Counted from the first letter of the whole stretch, positions 1 to 10,736 are shown. The stretch is 63,714 bases of DNA, filler included, from Nitrospinota bacterium (GCA_030620925.1; 11 parts of 11 records of this genome joined end to end with filler, not necessarily neighbours in it), one strand, 5' to 3'. Program-made: numbers and translations. The notes: generated by a model not told the origin, from the sequence alone.

Positions 1-53
1 CACAACTTTAGTTAGCTGTACGGTTTATTCCCCTGAAGAAGAAGTGACCTGCA

Positions 54-572
54 ATGCAAACTTACGCCCATTATTTCTGGACTTACGTTATCTTCAGGAA
101 AAAACGCTGGGGCCACGAGGTAGCCGGTTTCTCCATGTTCCCTGACATGCCCTACTTCATGGCCTACCTGGCCACCTGGGGTAAGATCGGGTCTGAGGGC
201 AGGGAGAGCTTCAGAGAAGGAATCCTCTTTCTGGTGGCCAACGCTACCCATTCGGCTACTTTGCTGGGCATCGCCTCGTTAGTCTTCATCCTGTTGAAAA
301 AAAAGACTCTCTACCCCCTGCTCATAGGGTGGTTGGTGCATCAATTGGGAGACCATCTGCTGCACGTGAACGATGCTTACGCCATGTTTTGGCCCCTTTC
401 CGCCAAGCGTTTTCCGGGATTCATATCATACTGGGAACCGGCACACTACGGCAGGGAGTTCTTTCTAATCAACCATATGGCGATGTTGATCATCTTTACG
501 GTACTGGTGGTATTCAGGCTGAGGAACTCCTACAGGTTGAGAAAATTGAATGCCGGGATGGACTCCCGTTAA
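54..572 (+). CDS. Membrane protein, probable metal-dependent hydrolase (YdjM/DUF4184-like)
   Basis: 172 aa, hydrophobic; motif series H..., 'FPD', 'THS', 'HQLGDHLLH', 'FWPL' typical of membrane-bound metal-dependent hydrolases. Confidence 0.6.
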   Translation: MQTYAHYFWTYVIFRKKRWGHEVAGFSMFPDMPYFMAYLATWGKIGSEGRESFREGILFLVANATHSATLLGIASLVFILLKKKTLYPLLIGWLVHQLGDHLLHVNDAYAMFWPLSAKRFPGFISYWEPAHYGREFFLINHMAMLIIFTVLVVFRLRNSYRLRKLNAGMDSR

Positions 573-708
573 GGTTCGGTCCCTCCATATCCGCTCTTTT
601 CCGCTGCAAAAAACCGTCTAAAAATATGCATATTGTGGTATATATATGTCGGTGCAAGTCTGTTAACCGGGGGATGATATATATTTGCCCGATAGAGGTA
701 GTTTTATA

Positions 709-909
709 ATGATAAAAGATAAGAAGTTGCTCCGTGATTTTGAAGACAGGCTGTTGAGAGAGAGAAAGCCCGATTTCTTCAGCAATCTCCGGATTTATGA
801 AGCGCTCTATCAGGAAGCCGTAAGACTTGGAGTCTTACCGGGCGACGATCCTCTGGAAGGGATAGAAGTTAAAATCAAACTGGCGAAAGCTCTGAACAGT
901 GTTCGATGA
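709..909 (+). CDS. Small hypothetical protein, partner of the downstream nucleotidyltransferase-like gene
   Basis: MIKDKKLLRDFE...PLEGIEVKIKLAKALNSVR; GAGG upstream of ATG 709; overlaps the next GTG start. Confidence 0.6.
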   Translation: MIKDKKLLRDFEDRLLRERKPDFFSNLRIYEALYQEAVRLGVLPGDDPLEGIEVKIKLAKALNSVR

Positions 910-1006
910 ACTCCTGGAAAAGATAGGAAAGACGCTCGACGCTCACCAGGTCCCTTACATGATCATCGGTTGCGGTATAAGTGGAAAATCAGGGAAATTG
1001 AGTTAA
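899..1006 (+). pseudogene. Truncated N-terminus of a nucleotidyltransferase-like protein
   Basis: GTG 899 gives MFDELLEKIGKTLDAHQVPYMIIG, matching the 'L...L....ipYmiiGG' start of nucleotidyltransferase families; unrelated sequence follows and TAA at 1004-1006. Confidence 0.55.
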
Positions 1007-1028
1007 CTATTAAAAAGGGGGAGGAAGA

Positions 1029-2120
1029 TTGGTGGAATCTGTTCTGTTTGAGCCTATAGATATCAACGGTATGGTGGTGCCCAACAGGTTTGTCCGCTCT
1101 GCCACCAATGACAGGCTGGCCGAAGTATCGGGCCACGTGAACGATCCTTTCATAGCAGTTTACGAGAAACTTGCAGCGGGCGGTGTGGGGTTGATAGTGA
1201 CGGGCCACGCTTATGTCCAGTGGAATGGGAAAGCCAGCGCCACCATGATGGGCGGGCACGATGACGACCTGATACCGGGGATGAAAAAACTGGTGGAGAC
1301 GGTCCACAGGTACGACTCAAAAATCGTCTTGCAGATAAACCATGCCGGCAGGCAAACTGCTTCTGCCGTGCTGGGGGAGTCCGCGGTGGCCCCTTCCCCC
1401 GTTCACATCTCGTTGTACGACGAAACTCCCAGGGAACTCACCGGGGAGGAGATCGAAGAACTGATAGAAAACTTTGCCGCCACCACACGCAGGGCGGTCG
1501 CCGCGGGCTTCGATGGCGTTCAGCTTCATGGGGCGCACGGCTACCTTATAAGCCAGTTCATAAGTCCGTATACGAACAGGAGGGAGGATGCCTGGGGCGG
1601 CTCGCTGGAGAACCGGATGAGGTTCCCGCTGGAGGTGCTTCGCCGGGTCCGAGAGGAAGTGGGAGCGAGCTATCCGGTACTGATAAAGCTGAATTCCGAG
1701 GATTATCTCGAGGGCGGCCTTACCATCGAAGAAGGCTCACAGATTGCCAGGGCTTTGTCCGAGAACGGTATCGACGCCATAGAAATAAGCGGCGGCACGT
1801 ACGAATCCCCCAATGCAGCGGCGAAGATAGGCATAAAAGAGGAAGAGGACGAGGCTTATTTTCTGCCCAACGCAAGGAAGTTCAGGGAAGTGATCGATGT
1901 TCCCCTCATCCTGGTGGGAGGGTTGAGGACGCCGCGGCTGATGGTCAGGCTGGTTGAGGACGGAGAGGCCGATATGGTGTCCCTGTGCAGGCCGTTCATC
2001 AGGGAGCCCGACCTTGTGAACAGGTGGGAAGGGGGAGATGAGCTGAAAGCGGAGTGCATCTCGTGCGGCGGATGCCATAAATACCGCGACGAGCCGGTCA
2101 GGTGCATCGTGCTGGATTGA
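1029..2120 (+). CDS. NADH:flavin oxidoreductase (Old Yellow Enzyme family), copy 1
   Basis: NRFVRSAT, GGVGLIVTG, QINHAG, AGFDGVQLHGAHGYLISQF, C-terminal CISCGGC; GGAGG RBS. Confidence 0.95.
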   Translation: MVESVLFEPIDINGMVVPNRFVRSATNDRLAEVSGHVNDPFIAVYEKLAAGGVGLIVTGHAYVQWNGKASATMMGGHDDDLIPGMKKLVETVHRYDSKIVLQINHAGRQTASAVLGESAVAPSPVHISLYDETPRELTGEEIEELIENFAATTRRAVAAGFDGVQLHGAHGYLISQFISPYTNRREDAWGGSLENRMRFPLEVLRRVREEVGASYPVLIKLNSEDYLEGGLTIEEGSQIARALSENGIDAIEISGGTYESPNAAAKIGIKEEEDEAYFLPNARKFREVIDVPLILVGGLRTPRLMVRLVEDGEADMVSLCRPFIREPDLVNRWEGGDELKAECISCGGCHKYRDEPVRCIVLD

Positions 2121-2250
2121 AAGCTCTTCCTAACCTATCTAAACAAGAGGGAGAGTATGGAGCTGCTAATTATTTCAAGAATTTATCTGAAATTGATAAA
2201 TTTCAGTCTATTTTGCAAGGGGAAAACACAGGAATTGATTGAAGAGATAG

Positions 2251-2865
2251 CATGATCATCGGTTGCGGTATAAGTGGAAAATCAGGGAAATTGAGTTAAC
2301 TATTAAAAGGGGGAGGAAAATTGGTGGAATCTGTTCTGTTTGAGCCTATAGAAATCAACGGTATGGTGGTGCCCAACAGGTTCGTCCGCTCTGCCACCAA
2401 CGACAGGCTGGCCGAAGTGTCGGGCCACGTGAATGACCCTTTCATAGCAGTTTACGAGAAACTTGCGGCGGGCGGTGTGGGGTTGATAGTGACCGGCCAC
2501 GCTTATGTCCAGTGGAACGGAAAAGCCAGCGGCACCATGATGGGCGGGCACGATGACGACCTGATACCCGGGATGAAAAAACTGGTGGAGACCGTCCACA
2601 GGTACGACTCAAAAATCGTCTTGCAGATAAACCATGCCGGCAGGCAGACTGCTTCTGCCGTGCTGGGGGAATCCACGGTGGCCCCTTCCCCCGTTCAATT
2701 CCCGATGACTGAAGAGACGCCCAGAGAGCTGACCGGGGAGGAGATCGAAGAACTGATAGAGAACTATGCCGCCACCGCCCGCAGGGCTGTCGCCGCTGGT
2801 TTCGACGGCGTCCAGCTTCATGGGGCGCACGGCTACCTTATAAGCCAGTTCATAAGTCCGTATAC
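2251..2865 (+). repeat. Tandem duplicate of the segment starting at 958 (leader plus OYE 5' part)
   Basis: catgatcatcggttgcggtataagtggaaaatcagggaaattgagttaac occurs at 958 and 2251, each followed by a near-identical CDS. Confidence 0.9.
2321..2865 (+). CDS. NADH:flavin oxidoreductase (OYE family), copy 2, cut by contig end
   Basis: Near-identical protein to 1029..2120 up to the spacer. Confidence 0.93.
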
Positions 2866-2965
2866 NNNNNNNNNNNNNNNNNNNNNNNNNNNNNNNNNNN
2901 NNNNNNNNNTTAATTAATTAANNNNNNNNNNNNNNNNNNNNNNNNNNNNNNNNNNNNNNNNNNNN
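2866..2965. other. Artificial contig spacer. Others at 8111-8210, 14765-14864, 23294-23393, 27600-27699, 32643-32742, 44841-44940, 49779-49878, 56179-56278, 60212-60311
   Basis: Each is 100 bp: N-run, TTAATTAATTAA (stops in all six frames), N-run. Confidence 0.99.
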
Positions 2966-3909
2966 ACGTCCACCACCTGCGCCTCGCCGCCCTTCACCCT
3001 GTCGAACGCAGCCGTGAGTGCTTCCATCTCCGGGCGGCGGCCCACCAGCTCGGTCATCCCCCGAACGAGACCGGCATCCATCCGCGTGCGCACCTCTGTT
3101 CGCTCGGAGAGCACACGATAGAGCGACTGCTTTTGGGCCTTCCCCTTCAATTCTATCTCGCCAACCGATTCAGATTGGAAGTAGTCCTGTATGATGTTAT
3201 ACGTTTCCTGGCTCAGCCAGATTTCGCCGGGCATCGCCGCCTGCTGGACGCGGTCTGCCAGGTTGGTGGTATCGCCCACGGCGGTATAGTCCATTCGCAG
3301 GTCGTCCCCGATGGAACCCACGATTACCGGCCCCGAGTTGAGCCCTGTGCGCATCTTGAACTCCGCTCCGTGCTCTTTCTTTATCTTCTCACCATACTCA
3401 CTCATGGCTCTCTGAATGGATAGGGCCGTACTACATGCCCGCTGTGCGTGGTCTTCGTGGGCCAGGGGAGCGCCGAACAGGGCCATGACGCCGTCGCCGG
3501 TGAACTGGTTGATGCTCCCTTCATACTTGTGTATTTCGTCCATCACGATTTTGAAGAAGCCGTCCATTATTTGATGAACCTCTTCAGGGTCTAACTTTTC
3601 CGAAAGGGAAGTGAAGTCAGCAACATCAGCGAAGAGCACGGTTACAAGCTTCCGCTCACCTTCAATGGAGCTGCGGGTGGTGAGTATCTTATCTGCCAGG
3701 AACTTCGGGGTGTAGGACTGCGGACGGTCGTAGTCAACCGGAGCCGTTTCCGCTGGCTGTCTTAGCTCATGGCTGCACTCGTTACAAAAGGTGTTACCTG
3801 GTGGATTAGCATATCCGCATTCAGGGCAAACGAGTTCTAACTTACTTCTACATCCGCCGCAAAACTTTGCTCCGTCAGGATTTTCGGATTGGCATTTCGG
3901 GCATTTCAT
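2966..3909 (-). CDS. Double zinc-ribbon + class III adenylate/guanylate cyclase (+ start of AAA domain), partial
   Basis: Four CxxC pairs, ERKLVTVLFADVADFT, FTGDGVMALFGAP, GDTTNLADR, LVGR. Confidence 0.92.
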
Positions 3910-4235
3910 CTAAGATGGCCCTCCAAAACTGGTGTAGATGCTCTTTAGCCTGTTCCGGGTGCGAATCGCTGATGAATGCAACGATTACCATAGCAAAATC
4001 TCGTTATTATGTTAACAAGAAAATTCCTTGGGAAGGGTCAGCGAGGATTTGCTCATTATTGTCCTCAGATACTAATTTCATTTGTCGCTCATAAGATGAA
4101 TGTTGTATCATCACCGAAGCCGGGTTCCGGAAAGGATGCGTTTCAGATTTTTGGGTAACCCGAGAGTCGACCAATTTTTTTTAGATCCATATTTTTAACG
4201 TCGACCTGTCCAGCCTTAATAGAGAACCTTGATTT

Positions 4236-5768
4236 ATGGAAAGTGAATTGCAGCAATACGATGATAGCGAGGTGATAACACGGTATCACTGGATGCTCAT
4301 AATGGTCACCACGGCCGCTTCCATTACCGTGTGGGTGGATAACATGTCTGTGGCCATAATCCTGCCCAAGATAATGTCCGGCTTCGGGCTCAACGTCACC
4401 GAAAGTAGCTGGGTGGTGAACTCTACTTTGCTTGCCATCGCCGTAATGATCCCCGCCAGCGGCTGGCTGGGGAATACCTTCGGCAGGAACAATCTCTATA
4501 TCTGGAGCCTTGGCTTTTTCATGGTGGCCATCGTCTTGTGCGGTCTGGCATGGAGCGCCGGGTCGCTCATCTTCTTCAGGGTATTGGTCGGCGTCGCTTC
4601 AGGTGCAATCATGCCTACTTCTCACGCCCTCATCTTCGAGAACTTCCCTGAGAATAAGCGCGGCATGGCCATCGGCATTTACTCTTTCGGGGCCGCTGCG
4701 GGCATCGGTATCGCCACTGTTATCCTTGGAAGGTTCGCAGAGGAATTCACCTGGCGTGTCTTCTTCTACTTCAACGCGCCTCTGGCCATGTTCAGCTTTA
4801 TTTTTGCACTATTAATGCTGCGAAAACAGAAGAGGCAGCCGATGGTGAAACTGGACCTGTTAGGCTCGGTTCTCATGGCCGTATTTCTCCTGAGTCTGCT
4901 CCTGGCCCTTACTCAAGGAAGGCGCTACGGATGGAACTCTAACTATATTCTAACCCTGTTCGTGATATTCACGGCTACCCTGGCGCTGTTCGTAATCACC
5001 GAGCTACGCCGGAATAACCCGTTCGTGGAGCTGAGATTGTATAAGAGTTTTGTTTATGTTATGGGCAGCACCATAGCCGTAGCTTATGGGGTCATCCTCA
5101 TAGGAACCTCCTTTTTTGTTCCACAGTTCGCTAATAGTGTGCTGGGCTACGATGTATTCAAAATCTCCCTGGTCTTCTTACCCTCCGCACTGGTGGGCGG
5201 TACGGCTTTGTTCATAGCAGGATGGATGTCTGATCGGTTTCAGGCCAGGATACCCATTATCATGGGGTTGGGATTTTACATCATCAGCATGTTCTCGATG
5301 TCGCGACTGAACTATCAAAGCAGTTTCGGGATGATTACGACTCTGGTCATACTCAGAGAAATCGGCGGGGGCTTGCTCTTCGCGCCCTTGATAAGGGCCA
5401 GTCTGGGAGCATTGCCTCTGAACCAGGTAGGTATGGGCTCAGGGCTGCTGAACATGAACCGTCAAATCGGGGGGATGGTGGGCATAGCTTTCTTCGGGAC
5501 TTATATGGAAGGCCGGGAAATTTTCTATCGGCAGATGTTCGGAACGAGCCAGGCCGATGCTCCTTACGCCGCCCGGTTTTTCCTCAACTCCGTTAAGAAC
5601 CTGTTCGTTTCCCACGGCAACACGGAAGCACTTGCCTCCGCCAAAGCCATGTCAGTGTTGAACAAAGTGGTCGGGCTGCAGGCGCTGGTCAACTCTTTCA
5701 ACGATATTTTTCTGCTGGTGGCGTTAATGGTTATAATAGTGATCATTCCCGCGCTGTTCATTAAATAG
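4236..5768 (+). CDS. DHA2 (EmrB/QacA) family MFS efflux transporter
   Basis: 510 aa, many TM segments, 'GWLGNTFGR' motif A variant, 'WRVFFYFNAP'. Confidence 0.9.
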   Translation: MESELQQYDDSEVITRYHWMLIMVTTAASITVWVDNMSVAIILPKIMSGFGLNVTESSWVVNSTLLAIAVMIPASGWLGNTFGRNNLYIWSLGFFMVAIVLCGLAWSAGSLIFFRVLVGVASGAIMPTSHALIFENFPENKRGMAIGIYSFGAAAGIGIATVILGRFAEEFTWRVFFYFNAPLAMFSFIFALLMLRKQKRQPMVKLDLLGSVLMAVFLLSLLLALTQGRRYGWNSNYILTLFVIFTATLALFVITELRRNNPFVELRLYKSFVYVMGSTIAVAYGVILIGTSFFVPQFANSVLGYDVFKISLVFLPSALVGGTALFIAGWMSDRFQARIPIIMGLGFYIISMFSMSRLNYQSSFGMITTLVILREIGGGLLFAPLIRASLGALPLNQVGMGSGLLNMNRQIGGMVGIAFFGTYMEGREIFYRQMFGTSQADAPYAARFFLNSVKNLFVSHGNTEALASAKAMSVLNKVVGLQALVNSFNDIFLLVALMVIIVIIPALFIK

Positions 5769-6026
5769 CGCTCTCATCTGCCTTCTGAAATTACCATTCA
5801 GCATTAGCGATAAATGTTGATTGAGTTACCCTCAACTAATAAATCAATCACTTACAAGCATCAAATTCATAGCGTTGGGATTTTCCGACAGTCTCAGCAG
5901 GAATCATAACTATTAGGTCGAGCCTCTAATATACGAAATGTTGTTTCGCTCAGGAGCGTCAACAGATGGCGGAACAGCTTCAATGCCGTAAATTTATAGC
6001 CAGGGCCCGACTCCCTAATGACCAGC

Positions 6027-8110
6027 TTATCTTGTCAGCACCCTCTCACCCAGGTTTCCGTAGCGGTGGTAGCTGTTGCAGAGGCTCTGTTCCTGGAAGT
6101 ATTGCAGCAGCTCAAGCCGGCCTTCCATTAAAACCCTTGCTCTGGAGATATAAAACCCTGTGCGGGCCGCCTCCCGGTAGACTTCCGACGGTACATTTTT
6201 AGGAGCGGCGTATCGGATCAGTTGAACGGAGGGTATCATCTCCATCAGTTCCCGGTCGGTCTGGCGGGCTACCGGCGCGGAACCCCGTATCTTTCGGCCT
6301 TCTGTGCCTTCCAGGAACAAAACTGCGTCTGTTTCCAGACCCGGCGGCAGGCTGACCGTCAGCTCGCACCCGGATATCCTGACTGCAGCAATACGAGCCA
6401 GGATTTCGAAAAGACTGTCGTCTTCATGCAGCCTGACCACGATCTTTCCTTTAGGAAGGTAGCGCACGATGTTGTCCTGCCCGCGCAGGTGAAAATAGTC
6501 CTTCTCCCGGGAGAACTCCTGTTCCATATTGTAAAGGTAGCTCTTGATGGCCCGTATGGTCTTCCTCAGGTCGACCTCGTGTCCTTTCATCTTGCCCCAG
6601 GAAAGTTTTTGCGTCCATTCCTGGGCCAGACTGAGCAATGGATGTTCTATTTGTATGGCCCCCACCGCGGGATAATCGGTCTCTTTAAAGTCAATGAACT
6701 GGACCACGTAGTTAGGCCCACCGACCTTTATGCCCGCGCCCAGAGCCGATTTGCCCATACCGCCGAAGGGCTGCCTGAGGACGATGGCCCCGGTGGTGCC
6801 TCGGTTGATATACAGGTTTCCGGCCTTGATCTTTTCCTTCCAGTATTCCTGTTCCCGCTCGTCCAGGCTTTCCAGGCCCGAAGTCAGCCCGTATCCGGTG
6901 GAGTTGGCCATTTCTATGGCTTCATCCAGGTCCCCGGCCCGCATCACCCCCAGTACCGGACCGAAAAGCTCGGTTTGGTGGGTGAAGCTCCCCGGTTTGA
7001 CGTCCCATTTGATTCCGGGAGTCAGAATGTAGGGGTTGTCATCGACCATCCGTGGTTCAAGGGCCCAGGATTCTCCGGTCTCCAACTGAGTGGCCGCCCT
7101 TTTCAAAGCACCATCCGGAGGGTTGATCAAGGGGCCCATCCTGTTTCTGAAGTCCCAGGCCGACCCGGTGGAAAAGCTTCGTGCTGAGTCGACGAGCTGC
7201 TTCTTGAAATGAGGGTCGTCGTACAGCTCCTTTTCAAGTATCAGCAGCGATGTGGCTGAGCATTTCTGGCCGCTGTTGCCGAATGCGGAATAGATCACGT
7301 TCTTGACTGCCTGGTCCCGGTCCGACATGGCGGTGACGATGGTGGCGTTCTTGCCGCCGGTTTCTGCGGCCAGGGATGTGTCGGGGCTTTTTTTGAGTAT
7401 TTCGAGTCCGGTCTCCGTCCCGCCTGTGAGGATTATATAGTCCACGTCGGGATGCGCGGTCAGTTTGGGGCCCACCCGGGAACCGGAACAGGGCAGGAAC
7501 TGCAAGACGTTCTTTGAAACGCCGCCCCTCCAGAAGCACTGGCAGAGAGTCCAGGCCGTCAAGACAGCGGCCGAGGCGGGTTTGAAAATAACTGTATTAC
7601 CGGCAGCCAGTGAAGCGCATATCCCGCCGCAGGGAATGGCGATGGGAAAATTCCACGGGGAAAGGATCAGCCCCACTCCCTTGCCTCTCCCCTCAACGCC
7701 TTTGAGCTCCTTGAACTTGTATACCGAAAAGGGGTAGTATTCGGAGAAATCGATGGCTTCGGAGACCTCCGCGTCCGTTTCTGTAAAGACTTTGCCCGTA
7801 TCGGCCGCGGCCGCACCGATGAGGTCTCCCCTGGCCAGACGGATTTCCCGGGCCACTCGGGAAAGGATCTGGTGGCGCTCTTCATGGGTCTTACCCCCCC
7901 ACCCGTCCGGGTCGGCCGCGGCCGCGGCAACCGCCCGGTCCACGTCTTCCCCGTCGGCCAGGGTGTACACGGCCGCGCAGACTTTCTCCTTCAGCTGAGA
8001 CGAGTCCTGGCTCTTTCCGGTTGACCGCCCTTCGAATATTTCGCCACCTCCCACCACTATCGGAATTTCCAGAGGCTTGTCGGATGCTCTCTTTTTCCAC
8101 CTGTCTCTTA
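6027..8110 (-). CDS. putA: Bifunctional proline dehydrogenase/P5C dehydrogenase, C-terminal part (5' end lost at contig edge)
   Basis: SPWNFPIAI, AETGGKN, GQKCSA, ELFGPVL, GNLYINRGTTGAIVLRQPFGG, terminal HRYGN; frame open to the spacer. Confidence 0.9.
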
Positions 8111-8211
8111 NNNNNNNNNNNNNNNNNNNNNNNNNNNNNNNNNNNNNNNNNNNNTTAATTAATTAANNNNNNNNNNNNNNNNNNNNNNNNNNNNNNNNNN
8201 NNNNNNNNNNA

Positions 8212-8899
8212 TATGTCCCCGCAGACGAGATCGAAAACAGTGTCTTAATTCAATTGATACAGACCTTTGGAGATCAGGAACGACTGCAGAAGGCAGTGGA
8301 AAAAGCTACCCCTGATAAGGGAAAGAGGGAGAAGATAGAGGAAGGGTTAGACATTCTGAAGAAAGACATAGAGAAGGTTAATAGACAGATAAATAAAATT
8401 GTGGAGAAGATTTCCGAGGGCAAATTATCCGATGAGGAAGCTGAGGAAAAGGAAAGCTAATCTCAAAGATCAAATATGTGGAGAAGAGGAACAACTCAAA
8501 GACCTCTCTGACCCCCCCGATCCTGCAAAGGTGAAGCGCCTCTCCAAACTGGGGCTGGCCATTCTAAAGAACGCGACTGCAAACCAGCCGGAGGCCATCT
8601 TTGAGAAATCCTATGCGTAGAAACGCAACCTCCTTGAGCATGCATTCGCTGGAGAAACTGTTAACAAAGCTCGTTTGGGCGAGTATGTATGTGAGACGGG
8701 TGTTCCGGCTCAGCCGTGGAACTTTGAAATCCAGGGTCTTTTGGAAAGCACTATCTTGGGTTTGCCTTTGGATGATATTTATCTGGAGGAGGCATTCAAG
8801 CTCGACCCAGAATTTCAGGACATCCAGGCGGAGCTGAAGGAGATACGGGATAAAGTAGGAAGTTTTGCTCAGCGTTTACCAGGCACAACCCTTCATTGA
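8212..8899 (+). pseudogene. Decayed C-terminal part of a probable large serine recombinase
   Basis: YVPADEIENSVL, then coiled coil (...INKIVEKISEGKLSDEE), frameshift ~8445-8460, in-frame TAG 8618-8620, then KRNLLEHAF; resembles the coiled-coil C-terminus of large serine recombinases; abuts a broken yjbQ. Confidence 0.55.
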
Positions 8900-8999
8900 C
8901 GCCGCTCTCTCTGACCGCCCGGTCGACTTCGGGGGTGATGTTGATGAATTCCCTGCGTTGTGACGTATCAAACCAGAGTTCCTTCCTGTAGGTTTTCAT
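8871..8999 (-). pseudogene. yjbQ: 5' fragment (43 codons) of yjbQ, interrupted
   Basis: [25 protein letters not shown]...EGLCLVNA then unrelated sequence; the expected HITAS motif is missing; GGAGG RBS. Confidence 0.8.
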
Positions 9000-9050
9000 A
9001 TCCTCCACCCGGCGTTCTTAATTTCAAAACCCGGTCCCGCATCTTCTGCC

Positions 9051-10097
9051 TCAGGCATCTATTAGGGGAACAGTGACGGCGCGGGTATCGGCCCCGAATG
9101 TAGGGATAAATACAGAGTGGGGTCCGGCCCCGCCGGCGACGACGATCATGATATCCTCCGGCCTGTCCGCAATAGGAATCAAATCCTCTCCCTTAAGGGG
9201 TAACCCCTGGGCCTCCCGCCTGCTTACCACTCCCTCCAGCGCTTCTGGTGAAAAATAGGAAACGTGGGCTTTCGATTTTTCGAAGAGGAAACGTTTAACC
9301 TCTTCTTTATCGAACCCTCCCTTATGAACGATTGCCGCGTGCTCGGGGCAGAGCAGCACCAGGGGCTCGCCGCCCATGAGGATGTTGTTGGTGCCCACTG
9401 CGTTCATGGAACCGGCGATGGTGGTGAGCACTCCTTCGGCGGTCTTGCTGTACATATCTATGGCGTTGGTGGTCCCCGCCGCTCCCACCGAAGTAACCGT
9501 GCTCTGCTCCGGAGCGAACCCCCGCTCCACGTGGAGCGGCTGCCAGGGATTCCTCTCTTCGTTCTCAGCCAGGCAAAAGCTGTATTTCCCCGGCTGACCG
9601 GCGGTGGCCCTGTCCAGCTTACCCGGAATCCCGCCACCCAGGTTCATCATGACCAGCCTCACCGCCCGGCCGATGGTGGCGTTGGCCCGGTTCCCCTGAC
9701 CCAGACAGTTGTATCCCCAGTTCATTTCCAGTTTCCGGGTTACAGGCCCGTTCACTATGATGAGCGGGGATACGGGATTGGTGGTAGCCTGGAGACCGTA
9801 TAGATTGAAAGGTCTTTCCGCTATGGCTCTCACCGCCGCAACTACCACCGGGAAATAATCGGGCAGGCAGCCGGCCATCACCGCGTTTACGGCTACCTTT
9901 TCCACCGTGGCTTCGGCCCATCTGGGGGGTATCACACCGATAACGTCTTGGGCGGGCAGGCTCACCGATTCGAGCATCCGCCCCACCCTCTCCTCGGTGG
10001 GTGGAACTATTGGTAGCCCGTCCGTCTGCCCCAGGGAATAGTAGTGGTCGTTCACCACCTCCAGAAAATCGAGTTCCTCGGAAGTATCACCGCCCAT
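9051..10097 (-). CDS. Conserved hypothetical protein associated with UGSC-family genes
   Basis: TDGLPIVPPTEERV, EKVAVNAVMAGC, GNRANATIGRA, AENEE.NPW. Confidence 0.8.
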   Translation of the reverse strand: MGGDTSEELDFLEVVNDHYYSLGQTDGLPIVPPTEERVGRMLESVSLPAQDVIGVIPPRWAEATVEKVAVNAVMAGCLPDYFPVVVAAVRAIAERPFNLYGLQATTNPVSPLIIVNGPVTRKLEMNWGYNCLGQGNRANATIGRAVRLVMMNLGGGIPGKLDRATAGQPGKYSFCLAENEERNPWQPLHVERGFAPEQSTVTSVGAAGTTNAIDMYSKTAEGVLTTIAGSMNAVGTNNILMGGEPLVLLCPEHAAIVHKGGFDKEEVKRFLFEKSKAHVSYFSPEALEGVVSRREAQGLPLKGEDLIPIADRPEDIMIVVAGGAGPHSVFIPTFGADTRAVTVPLIDA

Positions 10098-10133
10098 GAT
10101 TTAATTACCTCTTGCGTTTAGTGGGCGAAAAAA

Positions 10134-10685
10134 TCACCCTTTCGGGTGAGACGTGAGGGCCTCTATTATCTCCTCCACCACCTTCCCCGCCTCATCCCTC
10201 ACCGACCCCTCATCGAGGCTCCCGAAGGGGTGCGGCACCATTACTATGGGAAGGGAAGGTGTGCCCAGCGACTCGGATTCCGCCCTGCCCAGATGATAAA
10301 ACTCCTGTGAACAAACGGTTACCGTGGGTATACCGGCTTTCTCGAACTCGACCGCGTCATGGACACTCCATGACGTGCAGGAACCTCAATCCCCCAGGCC
10401 GGTGATGACCGAATCGCACCCAAGCAACTCGGCCCTAATTTCTTCAGGGGCGGGTGCCGCAACGGTGGGTTTCCTTCGCCTGGTCACGGAAGTAGAGGGG
10501 TATCGGTCCAGCAACAACTCCTCCAGGGTGGACAGCAGTATATCGAAGTTCGGTTTACCGTTATCCAACATGCCTATGTTTTTACCCTCCACGCCGCTCA
10601 GCCTGGCCGAAATATCAGTGCCGGGCATGCTGGAGGGGGCGGTGGGATCCAGCAGTTTCAGCTCCCGCGGTAATTTGTCATTCAT
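10134..10685 (-). CDS. UGSC-family selenoprotein (183 aa, Sec at TGA 10388-10386)
   Basis: Reading through TGA gives ...[30 protein letters not shown]...PHPFG... to TGA at 10134-10136; N-terminal DNGKPN motif. Confidence 0.88.
10355..10375 (-). promoter_or_regulatory. Putative bacterial SECIS hairpin
   Basis: Minus strand CGTCATGGA-GTG-TCCATGACG, a perfect 9-bp stem with G-containing loop beginning 10 nt after the UGA. Confidence 0.7.
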
Positions 10686-10736
10686 CCCGCACCTCCATAA
10701 TAAGTGTGAAAAAGTATAAGGCTGCCTTCCTCGTCG

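Noticed and set aside
6222-7187. Long antisense ORFs (also 22092-22952, 25923-26894, 29026-30183, 32753-33709, 39137-40258, 51927-52904)
   Set aside because: Shadows of well-supported genes on the opposite strand in GC-rich DNA, with no motifs of their own.
8618-8620. In-frame TAG as pyrrolysine
   Set aside because: The same gene also has a frameshift, so decay is the simpler explanation.
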